The notes under the pieces were generated by a model that was given only the letters and a program-made list of their open reading frames with translations, had not been told where the DNA came from and did no database searches. From Cladosporium halotolerans (lineage: Eukaryota), in the NCBI RefSeq assembly GCF_011745625.1, contig NW_027191495.1:1-64000 (forward strand): 64,000 nucleotides of DNA, given 5' to 3'. Both the position numbers and the translations under genes were made by a program. Below, one piece after another: positions 45,270-56,696 of the stretch (position 1 is its first letter; each line of letters opens with the position of its first letter).

Positions 45270-47009
45270 ATGGCAAAGAGACAGCGCGAAGGAGACGAAG
45301 TGGGCAACACGCCGACGCCCAAAAAAGCTCGCCGGGCGGTATTCGAAGACGAAGTCACTGATACTACTGCGGAAACACCATCGAAACGCAAGTCCATTCT
45401 GCGAGGAACCCCTACGAAAGCGAACGGTACACGAGACGCTGGGCCAACACCAACACCTTTGAAGAAGGTGCTTTTCTCGACGCCGAACAAACACCAGAGC
45501 GAAGATGAAATTGGGCTGGACACACCTACCGCTGCTCGCAACGATCGATCTGCTCGGAGAAAGAGTGCCAAAGCATTGAGGGCGCCAGTTGCAGATGAAT
45601 ATAGCGATGTAGAGGAAGACGCAACGGATGCGCGAATAGCGGCAGAGATCCTCGACAGCGAGGATGAAGATGGCGACGACTCGGCTGAGGAGACAATTGG
45701 TGTGTCGCATACATCGAAAGCACCGGACACACCTTCAAAAACAGGCAGGCCACGAGGGAGACCTAAGGGTAAAAGGCGTGAAAGGACGCCTACGCCGCCT
45801 CCCGACCTCCCGCCTCATGAGACATACTTCTTTCAGAACAGAGCGGGCGCAAACAAGACGTCCACCAACTCCCTGCCATCCAATATTCTGCTGAATCACG
45901 ACAATTTCCGGACCCACATCGAAGCCTACCAGGACCCTCACGAGCTCGACATTCGAAGACTTCAGAATCTTCATCATCGCGGCTTTGATCAATGGGTCTT
46001 CGAGCTTGAGCAAGGCTTCAACATATGTCTCTACGGTTACGGCTCGAAAAGGAGCCTTGCCATGAGCTTCGCCGAGCATCTATACCACCAGTCCGAGAAA
46101 CCGCCCAAAATCATAGTCATTAACGGCTACACGCCCGGTCTAACGATCCGCGACATCCTGACCACCGTCGCAGCTCAGACCCTGCCAAAATCAACAAAAC
46201 CGCCAGCCCAGCCCGCGGCCCTCCTCGACCTCACCATGTCAACCCTCACCACCCGCCCAACCCCCCTTACCCTCGTAATCCACTCCCTCGACCACCCGAA
46301 CCTCCGCAAATCGCAGCCCCTCCTCGCCCGCCTCGCCGCGCACGCCTCCATCTCCCTCCTCGCAACCTGCGACACGCCGAACTACGCCCTCCTCTGGCCG
46401 CTGACGCAAGCCCGGCAATTCCGCTTCCTGCACCACGACGCGACCACCTTCGCGCCCTACGCCGCCGAGCTCGACCCCGTCGAAGACGTCAACGCGCTGC
46501 TCGGCCGCAGCGGCCGCCGCCTGGGCGGCAAAGACGGCGTCGCGTACGTCCTGCGCTCGCTGCCGGAGAACGCGCGCAACCTGTTCCGCATCCTCGTCGC
46601 GGAGCAGCTCGCGCTCGCGGACGGCGAGGGCTTCCCCACGACCACGGCGCCATCCGGCGGTCTCGACTCAGACGTCGAGTCGCTCCTCGGCGCTTCGGAC
46701 GAAGAAGCCGCGCTGCAGGACACGCCCTCGCGCCGCGGGCGCAAAGGCCGGCCGCCGAAAACCAAGGCATCCAAGCCAAAACCTGTCGCTGTCGCAGCGT
46801 CAGCGCCGGAGGGCGTGGAGTACCGCACGCTGTACCACAAGGCTGTGGAGGAGTTTGTGTGCTCGAGCGAGGTGAATTTCCGGACGCTGCTGAAGGAGTT
46901 CCACGACCATCAGATGGTGGAGGCGCGCAAGGATGCAATGGGGACGGAGAGGCTGAGCGTGCCGTTTGGGAGGGAGGAGTTGGAGGGGGTGCTGGAGGAG
47001 TTGGTTTGA
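45270..47009 (+). CDS. ORC2: Origin recognition complex subunit 2
   Basis: Intronless. FDQWVFELEQGFNICLYGYGSKR, VINGY, HDATTFAPY, EEFVCSSEVNFRTLLKEFHDH; many TP (CDK-type) sites in the N-terminus. Confidence 0.94.
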   Translation: MAKRQREGDEVGNTPTPKKARRAVFEDEVTDTTAETPSKRKSILRGTPTKANGTRDAGPTPTPLKKVLFSTPNKHQSEDEIGLDTPTAARNDRSARRKSAKALRAPVADEYSDVEEDATDARIAAEILDSEDEDGDDSAEETIGVSHTSKAPDTPSKTGRPRGRPKGKRRERTPTPPPDLPPHETYFFQNRAGANKTSTNSLPSNILLNHDNFRTHIEAYQDPHELDIRRLQNLHHRGFDQWVFELEQGFNICLYGYGSKRSLAMSFAEHLYHQSEKPPKIIVINGYTPGLTIRDILTTVAAQTLPKSTKPPAQPAALLDLTMSTLTTRPTPLTLVIHSLDHPNLRKSQPLLARLAAHASISLLATCDTPNYALLWPLTQARQFRFLHHDATTFAPYAAELDPVEDVNALLGRSGRRLGGKDGVAYVLRSLPENARNLFRILVAEQLALADGEGFPTTTAPSGGLDSDVESLLGASDEEAALQDTPSRRGRKGRPPKTKASKPKPVAVAASAPEGVEYRTLYHKAVEEFVCSSEVNFRTLLKEFHDHQMVEARKDAMGTERLSVPFGREELEGVLEELV

Positions 47010-47365
47010 GGGGTTGGGGGAATGCAGGGATGGGGTCGAGGCTTTGCGCTCGGGTAGGCTGGGTGTTTTTGTGTGATAAACGAGGCCAGGTAATGGCCGC
47101 GGTATACGAATGATTCATCGATGGACGAACGAGTTAGAGCTGATCATCGCATCCCATGATCCACACAGGACAATCTTGTCCTGGTTGACGCAAGAATGTC
47201 CTATTCTTATCGCTGAAGAATTTATTCATTTGCAAAACATTTTCTACCCGCTCATACATAAAGACGTAAAAAACCCGTGAAACTCTTTTTCTTTTGCAGC
47301 GTATTGCAAGCCAGCGCCCAAAGCTATGCTGGATCACCAATCAAATCGTAATTGAGATTATCCGT

Positions 47366-48304
47366 TTACCACCCCCTCTTGGCCAGCTTCTGCTCGTCGC
47401 CCATCTTGTCGCAGTTAATACCGACCATGGCCTCGCCGAGACCAATGCTGACCTCGGCCAGCACCTTGGGGTCCTTGTAGTGGGTGGTAGCCTGAACAAT
47501 AGCCTTCGCGCGCTTCGCGGCGTCGCCAGACTTGAAGATGCCGGAGCCGACGAAAACACCGTCGCAGCCCATCTGCATCATGAGCGCAGCGTCAGCGGGC
47601 GTGGCGATGCCGCCAGCGGCGAAATTGACGACCGGCAGGCGGCCCTTGCGCGCGGTCTCCTTGAGCAGAGCGTAGTCGCACTCGAGCTGGCGGGCCATCA
47701 TGCGCAGGTCGTTGTCGGAGGCGGAGCTGGCGCGCGCGATCTCGGCGTTGACGGTCTGCATGTGGCGGACGGCCTCAACGACGTCGCCGGTACCAGCCTC
47801 GCCCTTGGTGCGGATCATGGCGGCGCCCTCGGAGATGCGGCGCAGGGCCTCGCCGAGGTTGCGGCAGCCGCAGACGAAGGGAGTGTTGAAGGCGTTCTTG
47901 TCAACGTGGTTTACGGGGTCGGCAGGCGTGAGCACCTCGCTCTCGTCGATGTAGTCGACGCCGATGCTCTGCAGGATCTGGCACTCGACGATGTGGCCGA
48001 TGCGAGCCTTGGCCATGACGGGGATGGTGACGGCGCGCATGATCTCCTGAATCATGGCCGGGTCGGACATGCGCGCGACGCCGCCCTGCGCGCGGATGTC
48101 GGCGGGCACGCGCTCGAGGGCCATGACGGCGCAGGCGCCGGCCTCCTCAGCGATGCGGGCCTGTTCGGCATTGACGACGTCCATGATCACGCCGCCCTTG
48201 AGCATCTGGGCCAGGCCGGCCTTGACGGCGAAGGAGGACTGCGAGGGTGCGGCGGAGGAGGAGGGCATGGTGGTGGTGGTTCCGTTGGTGCCGTTGGTGG
48301 ACAT
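47366..48304 (-). CDS. PDX1: Pyridoxal 5'-phosphate synthase subunit (Pdx1/Snz1/SOR1)
   Basis: [67 protein letters not shown]. Confidence 0.97.
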   Translation of the reverse strand: MSTNGTNGTTTTMPSSSAAPSQSSFAVKAGLAQMLKGGVIMDVVNAEQARIAEEAGACAVMALERVPADIRAQGGVARMSDPAMIQEIMRAVTIPVMAKARIGHIVECQILQSIGVDYIDESEVLTPADPVNHVDKNAFNTPFVCGCRNLGEALRRISEGAAMIRTKGEAGTGDVVEAVRHMQTVNAEIARASSASDNDLRMMARQLECDYALLKETARKGRLPVVNFAAGGIATPADAALMMQMGCDGVFVGSGIFKSGDAAKRAKAIVQATTHYKDPKVLAEVSIGLGEAMVGINCDKMGDEQKLAKRGW

Positions 48305-49555
48305 GGTGAGGACGAGGGAGGAGAGTGAGGAGGAGTGGATGAAGTCTGGCGGCGGTATCGGACGCTGGTGAGTCTGGGCCTCGGCGTCTGGTGAGAGGTG
48401 AGAGGTGGGAGGGTGATTGATGATGATGTGCAATGGGTGTGTTGGAGAGAAGTGCAGGAGGTCAAGAGTGAGAAAGCAGGGTGCTCACGTGTGAGTCAAT
48501 GAGGTGGTGTCAGTTCTACAGAGCGCGCCCTACCGTCGTTAGCCCTGTGTTGCCGCGACTGACCACCTCCGCCGCCTTCTCCAGTCTCGAGTGTCATCGC
48601 CCAAAACTTTTCCGCCGCCGCCCTGCAGGGACCCGTCCGCTCGTCGACCCCTCCTTCCTAGTTCGGACGGGAAGATGCCGAGGAGCTTGGCTCGAAGCGA
48701 CATGTCCTCGCGATTATGGCTGGGCATTGGCAAACGATAACCAAATGCTGACACTCCAAATGCTCCGAGCCACGAAGGCAAACGTCAACACCACCGTTTC
48801 CCATCGCAATTGCTCTCTGAAGACAAACAATACTCCCATGTCTGGAGGCCTTACTTGCTCAGCACGACCGCTTCGATCTCCGTCTAGAATCCACCCGTAC
48901 CCCGCCGATGTCCGCACGGACGGGCAAACGGTCTCTTTACGTGGGACCGATCCGAGCAATCCTCCATCCGGCCCGACCATCTTGCCACCAAGGTGTCTTC
49001 GCTGACTGTTCGAGGTGAAGGGTGCACGGAGTGGAGACGGATGGTCGTCCGACATTCTGAAACCTAATCTTGCAGCGTCTGGCCGCGAACGTAGATGCTT
49101 GCCTATCTATGCCTACTTTTGGCCTGCCGTCCCATGCGTTTGCACGTGAGAATCCTGCCGAAAGTCTGATTGCAAATCTACACGTGTGAGGACGCGTCCA
49201 TTATTCGGATTCGAAGACGACGAGCCGCCTCGAAGTCAGACGTGACACTACCGTAGGTGATCGTCTGGAAACAGGGAAATAGTACCGCTACGTGGCAGAT
49301 CAGCGGTACATCAGATGTCATGGCTTCATGAATTCATCAAATGGTCTGAAAGAGTGGTCATGAAGAAGGCCGCTATTTCATAACTACTCAAAAGCCACGC
49401 AGAATAATATGATGGACCCACGCGACAACTCGAAGCGCCTTCGTGACGACCAAAGAGCTCGGCCATGCCATCAAAAAAGCAAGAATTTTTCAGACATCCG
49501 CATCGAACGGACCAAACACATCAAGACGACCTCGTTGGTAACTACATGAGCATTC

Positions 49556-50407
49556 TCAACTTTCAGGTGCTACCTTCCCGGTTTTCTTGGCTGGTGTTGC
49601 GGAGTTCGAAGCCAGTTGCTCTGGAACCCCGAAGTTGTCTCCGGCGTGAGTAACAGAGTTGCCACCAAGCCTAAGGCCCGTATAGTTGCTGCCGGTCGCG
49701 AGGTGTCCTTCGCCACGAGCAAAAGTCGAGCCAAGGTGGCTCCGCGCATGGTCGGTGGCTTGTGTGCCCGAGTAATCTCTAGATCGGTTGCCCAACAGGG
49801 TTTTTGCTACCTCGGCGAGAGCAGGGTCCCGAGAAGAAACGAGAATTTGCTTGACGGTGTCCTCTGCTTTGAACAGAGCGTCGAGTGCAAGTTTCTCGAG
49901 CTCGGGCCCGATTTCTTTGTTGTGTCCCTCTAGACGACGAACTTGTCGGTGCGCCTCTTTTAAGAACTCACCCAAGCTGTCTTCTGTATAGAACTCCAAG
50001 GGCGTAGGGCGGCGCTCGAAAGTGTATCCGTCCAGGTTGTTGTAATAATCCTCCACGACACCACTGAGAAGCTTGTAGGTGTCAACGTACGGCTTGTCCG
50101 CCTTCTCCAGCCCATTCACTTCTTCCAGCAGATCTTCCTTCGGACTGGGTCCTTTCGTGGCCTTCTTGGCAGCGCTCTCCGCATGCCTCAGTTCTTCTAG
50201 GATTTCTTTGACAGGCTTCGCGTCGATGTCGACCAGACTGAGCTTGTGGCAGGCAAGGCAAAGCTGTAGGATGTGGTGCTCAAGAACTTTGATGCGTACG
50301 GCATCCCTGCCCCAAGTCGACTTGAAGGTTGTACTCAGCTTGAACTTTCCAACTTTCCTGGCGACAGCAATCATCTGACCCAAGTCGGTCTTTGCTTGGT
50401 CTGCCAT
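49556..50407 (-). CDS. Putative HeLo-like protein with a C-terminal HET-s-type two-repeat amyloid motif (HRAM)
   Basis: 283-aa intronless ORF with CACCATGG start context. Helical N-domain. Pseudo-repeats RDYSGTQATDHARSHLGSTF and SNYTGLRLGGNSVTHAGDNF resemble HET-s R1/R2. The HeLo assignment is by eye only. Confidence 0.68.
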   Translation of the reverse strand: MADQAKTDLGQMIAVARKVGKFKLSTTFKSTWGRDAVRIKVLEHHILQLCLACHKLSLVDIDAKPVKEILEELRHAESAAKKATKGPSPKEDLLEEVNGLEKADKPYVDTYKLLSGVVEDYYNNLDGYTFERRPTPLEFYTEDSLGEFLKEAHRQVRRLEGHNKEIGPELEKLALDALFKAEDTVKQILVSSRDPALAEVAKTLLGNRSRDYSGTQATDHARSHLGSTFARGEGHLATGSNYTGLRLGGNSVTHAGDNFGVPEQLASNSATPAKKTGKVAPES

Positions 50408-51318
50408 GGTGCGATTCTTTGCAATATAGGAAGGGCAAGGAGGACGGCGAAAGGGTCAAGGCATTTGGCGTTCTTACACGGTCCGGAAGAGCACCACCAT
50501 TGCATGAAGCGCAAGGCTTGCATCGTGAGGCTTTCAGCCTTGCCTGCAGACAAGGCAACTAATGCAAGCCTCGTTCGCGACTGGCGCAACATCAAGCTCA
50601 GTATCTAGAACTTACCCTGTGCATGAGGATCAGGTGAGTCTCTGGCACATACGAAATGCATGCACCACAGAAGCGCAGAGCGGCTACGAAACATGCAGAA
50701 GGCACCAACTGGCCGAGGAAGGTACTGGAAACGACTCGGACCGGTGAGGTGATGGTTAAGGACTGATACCATTTGACAAGGCACCTTTGCAGACCCCCAT
50801 CACGTCCCGTGTTGCACCTCGGTAAGCCATTTGGACGCGGCCTCTTCAGCCACTGCACGGCTGAGATGCATCGATGCGCTGGCAGGTAGCTTCGCACGAG
50901 GCTGAGAAGCTCCTCGCGTCTTGAAGATTATACTACCTCACTGTGCTATCTGTGGCAGGTCAGAGCTCAAAGCTGACTTGGTAAGACTTCAGCTGTTCAG
51001 TTCATAAGATGTCATTAGAGAATCTGCTCGTGATGTCCAAACAACCAACCAAGGTTGTTCTCGTCCCGTGACACCTGAGCGCAGAGTTTCGGACACCACG
51101 GGACGTGCCGTGAGCTTTGCTCTTCTGCGTAGGTATCTGGTCGGCACCGCATGTTTGGCCGCTTATGCTGGGTCCTTAGAATCGCAACTGGATGTCCTTC
51201 TGTGACGTTGTGGGTCGGAGCTAGACTCGGTGCTTCATATCAAAGGATATGCCGTTTAGCGAGTGGAGCATGAAACACAGTCACGGCTTGCGTTTGGCAC
51301 GCTTGAAGGAAACTGGAC

Positions 51319-51962
51319 TTATAGGCACTCTTTCGAGTCGAAGCGTGACCTGGTTTTGGTCATGAGTGAGACTACCTTAAGGAGCAGTTGTCTTCTGTGC
51401 TGACACCGGTCGTCTTCATGCTGCAAAGCAATCCTTGGCGCTTTGAGGTCGACATTTGGAAGAGCTTCATCGATGTTGATCTGGCTTTCTTGGGGAAGCT
51501 TGACAAGGCCTGGCTGGAATGATATTGTTTGCCTCAATGTTTCCTCCTGGGCTGGCCCATTCAAGCCTACTGAGATTGGATATCAGTATCTATGGAGTCC
51601 AAAGCATCTCGTGGTTTCGGGCACGCAAAGCGTATCCGTGAATCAGGGCATACTCCAATGGACAAACCGAATGCTCACCAAGCTGTTCAAAATGGCACTC
51701 TACATCTCATAGTCCATTTCCTGCAGCCTTCCCGCCCGCAGTGACAGAAGTTTGACTCGTCATGGGAGCACTGTCCCGCAAATGCACACTGTTCATTGAG
51801 ATCGCCGAGCGGCTCGAAGAGCTTGGATCACGATCGCGCCCTGGTCCCGCATAGTACGCCTCTTGCTCATTTTGCTGCAACATGAGTTTGCGAAATGATT
51901 CTTTGCATGACTCTTCGAATTAGGCACATGGCAGCAGCAATTCTATCAATGTCGCTTGCCAT
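51319..51962 (-). pseudogene. Possible degenerate gene remnant
   Basis: ATG at 51962, short reading frames broken by shifts and stops, an intron-like GTGAGC...CTGAT...CAG, and an 81-aa downstream frame. No family recognised. Confidence 0.25.
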
Positions 51963-52210
51963 CGTGATTAAACATCTCTGATTCCCAACAAACGCCGTTC
52001 AGGCGGATCTGGTGGTATCACTTCGCTCACTCCGCCTGATGCCTACATTCTGCCTGGAATCCAAGGAGATAGATCCCCGTCACCGTCCCAACCCGAATAT
52101 ACCTATGGCGACCAATTTTATTTGGGAATTCCCACCCGTCCAGTCCCTCGCCGACATCCAAGCTCTTGCTCACCCTTATCCCATTCTCCAACTCTCTATC
52201 TACCATCGGT

Positions 52211-53966
52211 TCAAGCCTTCGCATCCTCAACATGGACCGAGTGCGTCAGACTCGCCGCCCTTTTCGCTCCCTCTTTACTCACATCATCGATCGTCAGATG
52301 ATTCGCTTTCGCATCCTCAACAAGCGCGTCAAGACGTGACTCTCCGCGACGAGTCTGCCAAGGCCTCGGGCCGCCGTGGGCGAACATCTCCTCGATCTCC
52401 TCGAGAGTCTTGTTGGCCGTCTCGGGGTACGCGAGGTAGAAGTGGGCGGCGGCGAGGAAGCACATGATGCCGAAGATGATGAACATGGCGTATTTGATGT
52501 TGATGAACCCGGGTGGGATGTACAGGCCGAGAGCGAAGCTGCATTTTTGGTCAGCGGGTATAGCTCTTTGAAGTGGGTTTTGGGGAGACCTACTTGAAAA
52601 GCCAGTTCCCAATCGCGGCAATAGACATGCCGACCGCGCGCGTCTCCAGCGACCACACCTCTGCGGCGTAAATCCAGCAGACGGGCGCAAGCGTCATCGC
52701 GTAGACGATGATGAGCATGTAGGAAAAGGCGATCACGGCATTCGCAGGAGAACCGGTGAGTTCAATGGGCACGTTCCTATCGCCTTCGACGCCTCCAGGC
52801 ACGACTTCGCCCATGGATAGGAGGCCGCCCACAATGATGTGGCAGACACCCATCGCAAGAGCGCCGTAGATGAGGAGAGGGCGTCGGCCGACTTTGTCGA
52901 CGTAGAAGAACATGACGCCGGTGAAGATGATGAAGAGTGCGTATTGGACGCCGGAAGCGATCAGCTTGGTGTTTCCCTTGAGGCCGGCCATGGCGAAGAT
53001 GTAGACGACGTACTGCAAAGGTGTCAGCTGGTTCTTGATCAGAAGTCTACCGATGTGGATTCGACGACTCACGTAAGTCATCACGTTAGCGCCACTGTTT
53101 TGTTGCCACATTTGAACCGTAAAACCCGCGAATGTCCGTTTCCACATTCCATTGTAGACGAACTTTCGCCAGCCTGGGGCCGATTGTCTTTCAGCCTGGA
53201 GGGTCATTTGGATATCCTCCCATTCTGCGACAACTAGGGGGTTGTTTCTGTCACCTTGAGCCTGAATGCCAGCTAGGATCGCGACAGCCTCTTCGTTGCG
53301 GTCCTTCATGGCGAGCCAGCGAGGCGACTCCGGCAGGAAAGGCAGACCGATCATCAGAAAGACGCATGGCACGAACTGCATGGCCCAAGCGACGCGGAAA
53401 GAGGCGCTGCCGGGGATGAAGCTGCATCCATAGCCAATGAAGTACATAATGAAGATGCCCCATTCTGACAGCATGTCAGTCTATGTGTCTCAAATTCAAT
53501 CCCGTTGGACATTGACTGTACCAATAGCAAGTTGCTGAATGATAATTAGAGCGCCACGCTTCTCCCTCTTCGCGATCTCAGCTAGGTAAACTGGAACCTG
53601 AGAGCTCGTGATGCCAACAGTGATACCGTTAAGCACGCGGCCAGCGATGAGCATCCCAACACCAGTGACAGCAGCTTGGACCGCGGTGCCAATCAACCAA
53701 GGCACACACGCGATAGCGATGGAGTTGCGTCGCCCGCACCAGTTGGAGATCGGACCAGCAATAACGGAGCCGACAACGGAGCCCGCGGCGAGAGCTGCTC
53801 CAATGGAACCTTGGATGATGCCGGCCGGATTGTCGAAGTAATTTCTGTACTGCGGAGTGCCGATGATGGCGGACATGGAGGAGATGTCGAAGCCGAACAG
53901 AGCGCCGCCGAGTGTCGCGATCACCGCGACGAACCACGGATTGTAGATCTTCGGTAGTTTCATCAT
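52211..53966 (-). CDS. MFS sugar porter (Hgt1-like high-affinity hexose transporter)
   Basis: Three introns. LFGFDISSMS, GRVLNGITVG, VYLAEIA, PESPRWL, QQNSGANV, DKVGRRPLL, YAAEVWS, YPETANKTLEEI. Confidence 0.93.
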
Positions 53967-55403
53967 GTTTTCGGTGGTTGTGCCTGAGAATGGCACCCAG
54001 CAAGTCAACGTATAGTCCCTTTTGGAAATAGTTGGGGTTGGGAATCAGCGCCCATGAGTCGCGACGGAAGGAGGAGCTGTTCTCAGGTACTGGCAGCTGT
54101 CCAGCTGGTTATATGCATGTTGACTCCTCCAGCCATAGCGACACTGCTCCCCCAACTCGGGTAAGTGGAGAGCAACCCCAGATCCGAATCAACCGACCCC
54201 ATGGCTGAGCTCGCTCGCTCGCAGCAGCAGGCGTGCCATGTGCTCGTCCGTCAGACAACTCAAGGATTCCAGCCAAGGATGTGATCCTAAGAGCGTAGCT
54301 GCGTCCAATGTTTATCAAGTAAACGTCTCGCTAGCGCAAAGATAGGCGGGGAATCTCCATCTGGGGTAGAGCGTGTTCCTGGGCAGGGATCTGGCTAGTG
54401 CTGAAGAGGACATGATATGGCAGTCATGTTTGGGAGGCTGCCAGGCTGGTAGGATGCGCGTGGCTTTGACACCCGGCTTGGCTGCTCGAAGGCTCCTCCT
54501 CCTCCTCCTCCGGGACAAGCAGAGGAGCATACAGGCTATATTACTTGCAGGATCCCGACACCGCTTGGCAAGCGTCATGCGTATGAAGAGTTGGCTCCAC
54601 ACCATTGGTCTCGTTGTCCAGTCTGACTGTACGGCGCATGACTTGAGACACGAGTGATGGCGCGGCTCCTCGACAAGGTCAGCTCCGGAGTCATGTGACT
54701 CGTACTGATGTTCCCAGGGACTGTCCGGACAGCATTTGTCGTTGATGACATCCAAGACGAAGACTGATGAGTTTGAAAGGCACGCCCACCGCGCGCTTGG
54801 CCAGGCGTTCGAGTTATAAGCCACCTCGCAGTGACATAGGGGAAGGATCAGTGTGTGATAGAATGAAGGACTTTAGTGAGGTTCAATATATAAGAATAAG
54901 TTAGACCCCAGTAAAAGCACACTGTAAAAGGAAAATAAGCCAAAAAAGCCCTTCCATTCAAACCCAGCGGCGCGAAAAGGATGAGAGACAAGAGCTCACT
55001 CCTCCCCATCTCGATGTTCGCTGCGGCTCAAGAGATGAATGTTGAAGCCATCTCCGTGACGCCTACGCTAAAATTGATCAAAATTCTTTCGATGGAAAAA
55101 AAGTCGTCGACTTCGTTTCGTTGCCCCCTCCCGTGATTTTTTCGTCCAAGCAAAACGCTCGCGCAAAATTTGGTATCTTTTTGTTAAGAGCCCACCCAAG
55201 ATCTATGTTGAATAACGCTTCACATGCCCAGGGTGAGCGCGCTGTGATCGCATTGTTAACGCTCATGCAATCGTGTCTAGGAAGTTGTTGTTGTTGCTGA
55301 TGCTTTTTTGAGGTTGTTTTTTTCCACTTCGTTCAAATCAAACGCCGAGACCATGCCAAAGAGATTAGTGGTATATCATGCTTCAAGACTGAGCTCAAGC
55401 ATT

Positions 55404-56696
55404 CTAGTACTTGAGGGTCTTGGGCTTCTCCCAGCTGAAGTCCTGGTTGGAGAAGTGGCCGTTCTTGGCAGTCTCGCGGTAGATGGGCTTGGCGAGGTCG
55501 AGCTCCTTGACGATGACACCAGGGCGCATGTCGAAGTTGGCGTTGATGATATCAACGAGCTCCTTGGAGCTCTTGTCAGAGGTGCCGTAGGTCTCAACGA
55601 AGACGGAGAGAGGCTCGGCGACACCAATGGCGTAGGAGAACTGGACGAGAGCGCGGCGAGCGAGCTTGGAGTGGACGAGGGACTTGGCGACCCAACGGGC
55701 GAGGTAGGCAGCAGAGCGGTCGACCTTGCTGTAGTCCTTGCCGGAGAAGGCACCACCACCGTGAGCACCCCAGCCACCGTAGGTGTCGACGATGATCTTA
55801 CGGCCAGTCAGACCGGCGTCACCCTGGGGACCGCCAATGATGAAGAGACCAGAGGGTTGAATCTGCGCGGAACATTAGTCAAATGTCAACATGAACAAAA
55901 GCAAAAGGTCACTCACGTGGTAGACGGTCTTGTCGTCAAGGTACTTGGCGGGGATGACCTTCTGGATGATCTTCTCCTTGATCTCCTTGCGGAGCTGCTC
56001 AACACCAATCTCCGGGGCGTGCTGGGCGGAAACGACGACGGTGTCGACGCGCTGGGGAACGACAGCACCGTTGTCGTGAGCGTACTCAACGGTGACCTGG
56101 GTCTTGGTGTCGGGGCGGAGCCAGGGGATGGAGCCGTCGTTGCGGGCATCGGTCATGGCCTTGTTGAGCTTGTGGGCGAGCTGGATGGTGAGAGGGAGGT
56201 ACTCGGGGGTCTCGTCGGTAGCATAGCCGAACATGATACCCTGGTCACCGGCACCAAGCTTCTCAAGAGCCTCCTCGTAGTGAAGACCCTGGGCAATGTC
56301 GGGGCTCTGCTCCTCAATGGCGCACAGAACGTTGCAAGTCTTGTAGTCGAAGCCCTTGTCCGAAGAGTCGTAGCCAATGTCCTTGATGGCGTCACGGACG
56401 ACCTTCTGGTAGTCGACCTTGGTCTTGGTGGTGATCTCGCCGAAGATCATGACCATGCCGGTCTTGGTGGCAGTCTCGCAAGCGACCTTGGAGAGAGGGT
56501 CCTCCGCGAGGCAGGCATCGAGGACGGCGTCGGAAACCTGGTCGGCGATCTTGTCGGGGTGGCCCTGGCCGACGGACTCGGAGGTGAAGCTGGAGAAGCG
56601 GTCGTTAGGCAACGTGGTCGCTTGGGGAGCTCATTTGGCGCTGGTTACTCACAGGAAGGTGTCGGCCTTGCCGTTGACGCCGTTGGTGTGGACCAT
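55404..56696 (-). CDS. SAM2: S-adenosylmethionine synthetase
   Basis: Two introns. [71 protein letters not shown]. Confidence 0.98.

Noticed and set aside
55404..56696. METTL16-type UACAGAGAA hairpin or riboswitch at the SAM synthetase gene
   Set aside because: The motif was not seen in the introns or the 3' UTR.
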